DNA of 40,856 nucleotides from Spongospora subterranea f. sp. subterranea (Eukaryota). Location: contig JAUGWO010000105.1 of the NCBI GenBank assembly GCA_049724395.1, positions 62,001 through 102,856 on the forward strand. The letters are read 5' to 3'. The notes under the pieces were generated by a model. That model searched no databases, was not told the origin of the DNA, and saw only the letters and a program-made list of their open reading frames with translations. The position numbers and the translations under genes were made by a program. Below, one piece after another: positions 36,991-40,856 of the stretch. How positions within the stretch are numbered: the stretch's first letter is position 1; each line of letters begins with the position of its first letter.

Positions 36991-37045
36991 ACTCCAAGTC
37001 GTTTTGAAAGTCTGCCTATCGTTCAACCATAATGGTAAATTTTAA

Positions 37046-39334
37046 TTAGAGTTTAATTTTCAGCCACGACTGTAACTCGCAGACTGCCGAAACGCAGTCA
37101 TCTCCGAGGCGTGCGCGCCTCTTCGATACGGTTGTGCCCGCTCTTGAAAAAGCCTGTTCACTAGGAACCGACGTGGACATGATGGCCAAATAATCTTTGG
37201 CCATCAATGACACTCTTGGATACATAAAACCATTGAGTTTGAACCAAAGCAAAACGTCTCGACTGGACTGCTCGATTGACATGTTCGTATGGGCAATCCA
37301 GCGTTCCAATTCCCGTGCAAACGACTCTGAACTGTTGTCGGACGTGCGCTGACTCTGCGTCGTTAGAGATAGAGCTTCAATGAGCTTGCTCTTCTTCTTT
37401 GCAGGCACTTCTAAAGAAGAGCATCCGTCGAGTCCGTTTTCATTGTCGACCCTGGACACTATTCGTCAAAACTTGAAACAATCTCATTAGTTGTCGTTAG
37501 ATCTGCTAACCTATTCATGTACGTTGTCGTATATATGAACTCCACGAGAGCCTTCGCATCGTCAACATCAATACCACAATTGGCTAAACTGCCTTTTACC
37601 CTGGGATCGAGCAATGCGGAAATCACCGAATGATCATTGACCATAAGATCTTGGTATTGTGTGAGTTTGGCTTGAATAGCTACAGCGAAAGCTTTTGCAT
37701 GCTGTGAACGGAATCCATTTGGTGATGCAACTGTTTGATTGACGTGCTGCTGGATGTGAAAGAAGACTGGGACAGCCAGCCCAAGGGTTGGATAGGTTGA
37801 GGCGGACATCAACTCTGTTGCATCTTTGAACGGCTCGAGAAATGAGCAAAAGTCCTTGATGGCGTTCCACGATATGTTATCGATGGGCCTAGCCAGGAAA
37901 TCTGATGGCCCAATGGTGAAAGCTGTGTAACCCTCAAATCCCTCACGGATTCTTTTTAATAGTTCATCGACAGGCTTTCGAAGTTGCAATGCTGTCTTCA
38001 GCATGTCAAAAGTGCTGTTCCATCTTGTTTCACAATCCAATTGAAGTAAGTTAGAGGGTGCATTCAGTGCATTGCGAATCTCCTGGAATGTTTCCATTAG
38101 CTTTGGTGAATCAGATATTTTTTTGGTTACGTCACGGATGCGACCTATTGCTGCATCGACAGCAGGAGCATTCTTAAGCCCATCTTTGACAGCTACCTGT
38201 AAGACATGTGCAAAGCAGCGAATGAGAACGACTTGTTGGTCGTCACCATGGTCAACAGCAACCGTATTCGAATTCTCAGATGCATCATCGTCAACCGACA
38301 CCGATGTGCGATCTTCAGCAATAGATCGCAAATGTTCCTTATGCAAATCGTTGTAATTCTTCGTTAACGCGGGATTTGTTGATGCATTGTCTGCGGTTAT
38401 CGTCCACACAGATGAAAGCAAATCCGGATGCATGTCGATAAGACAGTTAAACAGGGCAGCTGCCAGACGCTCAGAGGTGTGAGGATAGAGCACTCGTATG
38501 AATCCAGCAATGATGGATACAAGTTCCCAACTGTCGTCAATGAAATGCAAACTAACGACCATATACCCTACAAGCGCTTAGGTTTGGTAACTACAAAAGA
38601 AAAATAAGGTAAATGTACAGACCTCTCTTAGCGGACGAAGTCCACATATCAGTAGTGATGCTACACTTGCGATTCCTGATGTGCCTTAAAAGAAATGAGC
38701 GAACTTTTACACGGGTTGCTTCCCAATGCTTCAGAATCCTGGTCCGCACTGTATCTCTCGACGGCACGACATAACGTCTTTCCAGGGTATCGCAAAAATC
38801 AATAAAGTCAGCCTGGTGAACAACATTGAAAGGCTGCGAATGATTGATGATCCATTTGATAAGATGATCGTTCGCTTTGTCAATACGATGGCTTTCCATC
38901 GGCGGACCTGACATTTTTCTGGCAATCAGTTTGTTTCTAGAAACTTTAAAAAAGCCGTCGGTCAGCTTCATCTGGGTTGGGTCTGGAAGGTAAACTTCTT
39001 TGTGCTTGATTCTTAAATGCCGACGAATTGTGAAGGTATTCTTGGTGTTCCAAACCTAACAAATGTAATGGTTGGGTAGACGGTATCATGGCAATCGGAT
39101 CATGGGGTAAGAACATACCTGCTTTACCTTCTTGGCGTTGCAGAGCTTACAACTCCATATTTTGCGTCCGTTTAGAACGATTTGCTCAATGTGAGCATTG
39201 ACATCTGATAGGGTATTCCCTGACGAACTCGGTGCCGTTGAAAGAAGGTCACCATTCTCCGACTCATATTCGCGAGTACAGTCGATATCATCGAATTCAA
39301 TGACTTCGCAAAAAGTTTCATCATGATCTGGCAT
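37046..39334 (-). CDS. hAT transposase (BED finger, DDE core, C-terminal dimerisation domain), 4 exons, ~703 aa
   Basis: Exons 39334-39119, 39055-38623, 38567-37511 and 37451-37046 (introns 63, 55, 59 nt) sum to 2112 nt with no internal stop. Motifs: WSCKLC...RRHLRIKH, TDMWTSSAKRGYM, RCFAHVLQ, ETRWNST, LLDPR, STSVPSEQAFS. Confidence 0.9.
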
Positions 39335-39519
39335 CGTTGCTGTCAATTACAAATTCACAATCGTCAATCGTGATTCGTGGGATGCAGAACTGGATTGCGG
39401 ACTCCGGACTTGGGTTTGACTGCATACCAACCTATTAGGATTATTGACTGCATACCAATCTAAAATAGGATTATTGAGTATTGACGGCATACCAACCCTA
39501 TAAATAGATATACCTGGTT

Positions 39520-39656
39520 GGAGTCGACTCGGAGTGACTCCGAGTTGACTCAGCAAAACCTGGAGTCACTCCGAGTCGACTCCATCATAAACTGGAGTCA
39601 TGAGTGGAGTCGAGTCGACTCAGAGTCACTCGGAGTCGACTCGACTCGTGAGTCAC
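39520..39656. repeat. hAT subterminal palindromic repeats, right end
   Basis: Same gagtcgactc/gagtcactc motifs; the cagcaaaacctgg.gtcactccgagtcgactcc block is shared with the left end. Confidence 0.92.
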
Positions 39657-40231
39657 GCAAGTCTACTTGGCGCCACTGATGAGATGTTTCACATCACATT
39701 GCGGCGCCAAGACCGAAGACTCTGACGCTATCTGTATGGCCGTGGATGGCGCTGCGTACTTCTGCTACGGTTCAGTCTGTTCCGACAAAAAGAGCTATGG
39801 GCACCAACGTTGCAGTTGTATGCGCTTATCTATATCTTGACGCCTTCGATAAACGAAATCGCACCCCAATGCCTGCACTATTTAAGCTTAACAATTTTGT
39901 CGGTTACAAGACTGTGAGACTTGCCATGAACTTGTGTCAGATTCCATCATAGTATTAACGCTCTGGTCCTAGTCAAGAATAAATAGAAATACGTTATGGA
40001 GTAAGATAGTGTATTTTTTCAAAAAAGTAACCCGTGTTTTTCCATTTGAGTTGTTTGAAAATAGAAACCGCACTTTTGATTGCATACTGCCGCTGCTGTG
40101 CTTAAAGGAAAAACGTTCAACCACGTCTGCATCACAATTTGAAGGTGAATATTGTGATCGGGTCAACTTGTCCTTTGTCTGGATATGCAGTTTCAACATT
40201 CCACTAGTACACCGTTTTTCGGTGTTTGTTG

Positions 40232-40234
<3 letters not shown>

Positions 40235-40262
<28 letters not shown>
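40235..40262 (+). repeat. (TG)14 microsatellite
   Basis: Directly visible dinucleotide run. Confidence 0.97.
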
Positions 40263-40263
<1 letters not shown>

Positions 40264-40545
40264 TCCTGTAACAAAGTTCACGTCCCAATTGCGTCCAGTG
40301 ATGTACTGCATTACTAATAGTTATCCTGATGGAGTTGTAAAACGTTCCATCGGCCTGTCACCAGTTTGTATCGATAACGACAGTGATTGAATTCCAGTAA
40401 CGACCACTGAGTGGTCCAGTGTCAGTTATTGAGGGTTCCCCCGTCCCCGACTCCCGTGATAGAAAATGCCGTGGCCATGCGGATTAGGTTTCGTTGAACG
40501 TCCACGTAGAGTGTGGGCGTGCTACTGTTGACAGCCATTTTTCAA

Positions 40546-40689
40546 ATGATCGCGATACCCGCTATGGGCGCCTTCTTGATACTATGCATAGCCATTCTGG
40601 CAACAGCCGTTACTGCCGTCGACCTGCCATCAGATTTCACCGATGATCGTTTTTTTTCTGGATTCGGAAGCGCTACTTTAATCCGCTGA
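40546..40689 (+). CDS. Possible 5' end of a secreted protein (signal-peptide-like ORF, 47 aa as written)
   Basis: MIAIPAMGAFLILCIAILATAVTA-VDLPSDF...; hydrophobic core with a VTA cleavage-like site; the frame closes shortly after a T8 run. Confidence 0.35.
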   Translation: MIAIPAMGAFLILCIAILATAVTAVDLPSDFTDDRFFSGFGSATLIR

Positions 40690-40856
40690 GTCCGGAATCC
40701 ATTAACAGTACATACAAGTGGATGAAATATGTGATGACTGTAAAGAAACACATCGGGAAGGGGTTCAGCTCATGCTCAAGCACATGTTCGAAAAGGGCGG
40801 CAAGCAATATGTTCCACATCGGCCGGCCCTGTTCCACTTTACTCGTTGAAATTTAG

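Larger units (their letters stand above)
36798..39665 (-). mobile_element. Full-length hAT DNA transposon, 2868 bp
   Basis: Perfect 8-bp TSD cttggcgc (36790-36797 and 39666-39673); imperfect TIRs TAGAGATGCG / TAGACTTGCG; subterminal GAGTCGACTC arrays at both ends; internal transposase. Confidence 0.96.

Noticed and set aside
36737..37045. ORFs with SRL/ESTR repeats on both strands
   Set aside because: Translation artefacts of the palindromic GAGTCGACTC subterminal repeats.
37459..37461. Nonsense/frameshift inactivating the hAT transposase
   Set aside because: It lies inside a plausible 59-nt GT-AG intron (37452-37510) whose removal restores the frame.

Overview
Eukaryotic genomic DNA with short GT-AG introns (48-79 nt where I could map them). 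The intron style and the giant IPT/Cys-rich gene tentatively suggest a protist such as a phytomyxean or oomycete; this is inference only. Host genes: (1) an unusual 2xNZF zinc finger - coiled coil - pseudokinase - HECT E3 ligase (-); (2) a ~12.7 kb giant surface-receptor gene (signal peptide, somatomedin-B-like, ~18-20 IPT/TIG repeats, long Cys-rich GCC2/GCC3-type array, multi-pass TM C-terminus) (-); (3) one or two low-complexity/coiled-coil genes (+); (4) a short Med14-like gene (-); (5) an intact three-exon OHCU decarboxylase (-). Mobile DNA from five groups: a decayed PIF/Harbinger element (DDE transposase plus Myb/SANT-like partner), a decayed chromodomain Ty3/gypsy, a Ty1/copia RT scrap, a Crypton-like tyrosine recombinase relic, and an apparently intact 2868-bp hAT element with a perfect 8-bp TSD. 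The most striking unexplained pattern is that most TE-relic/non-genic stretches carry a local inverted duplication (six clear, one weak, at very different divergence), while I saw none in intact host genes. All calls were made by eye without database searches.
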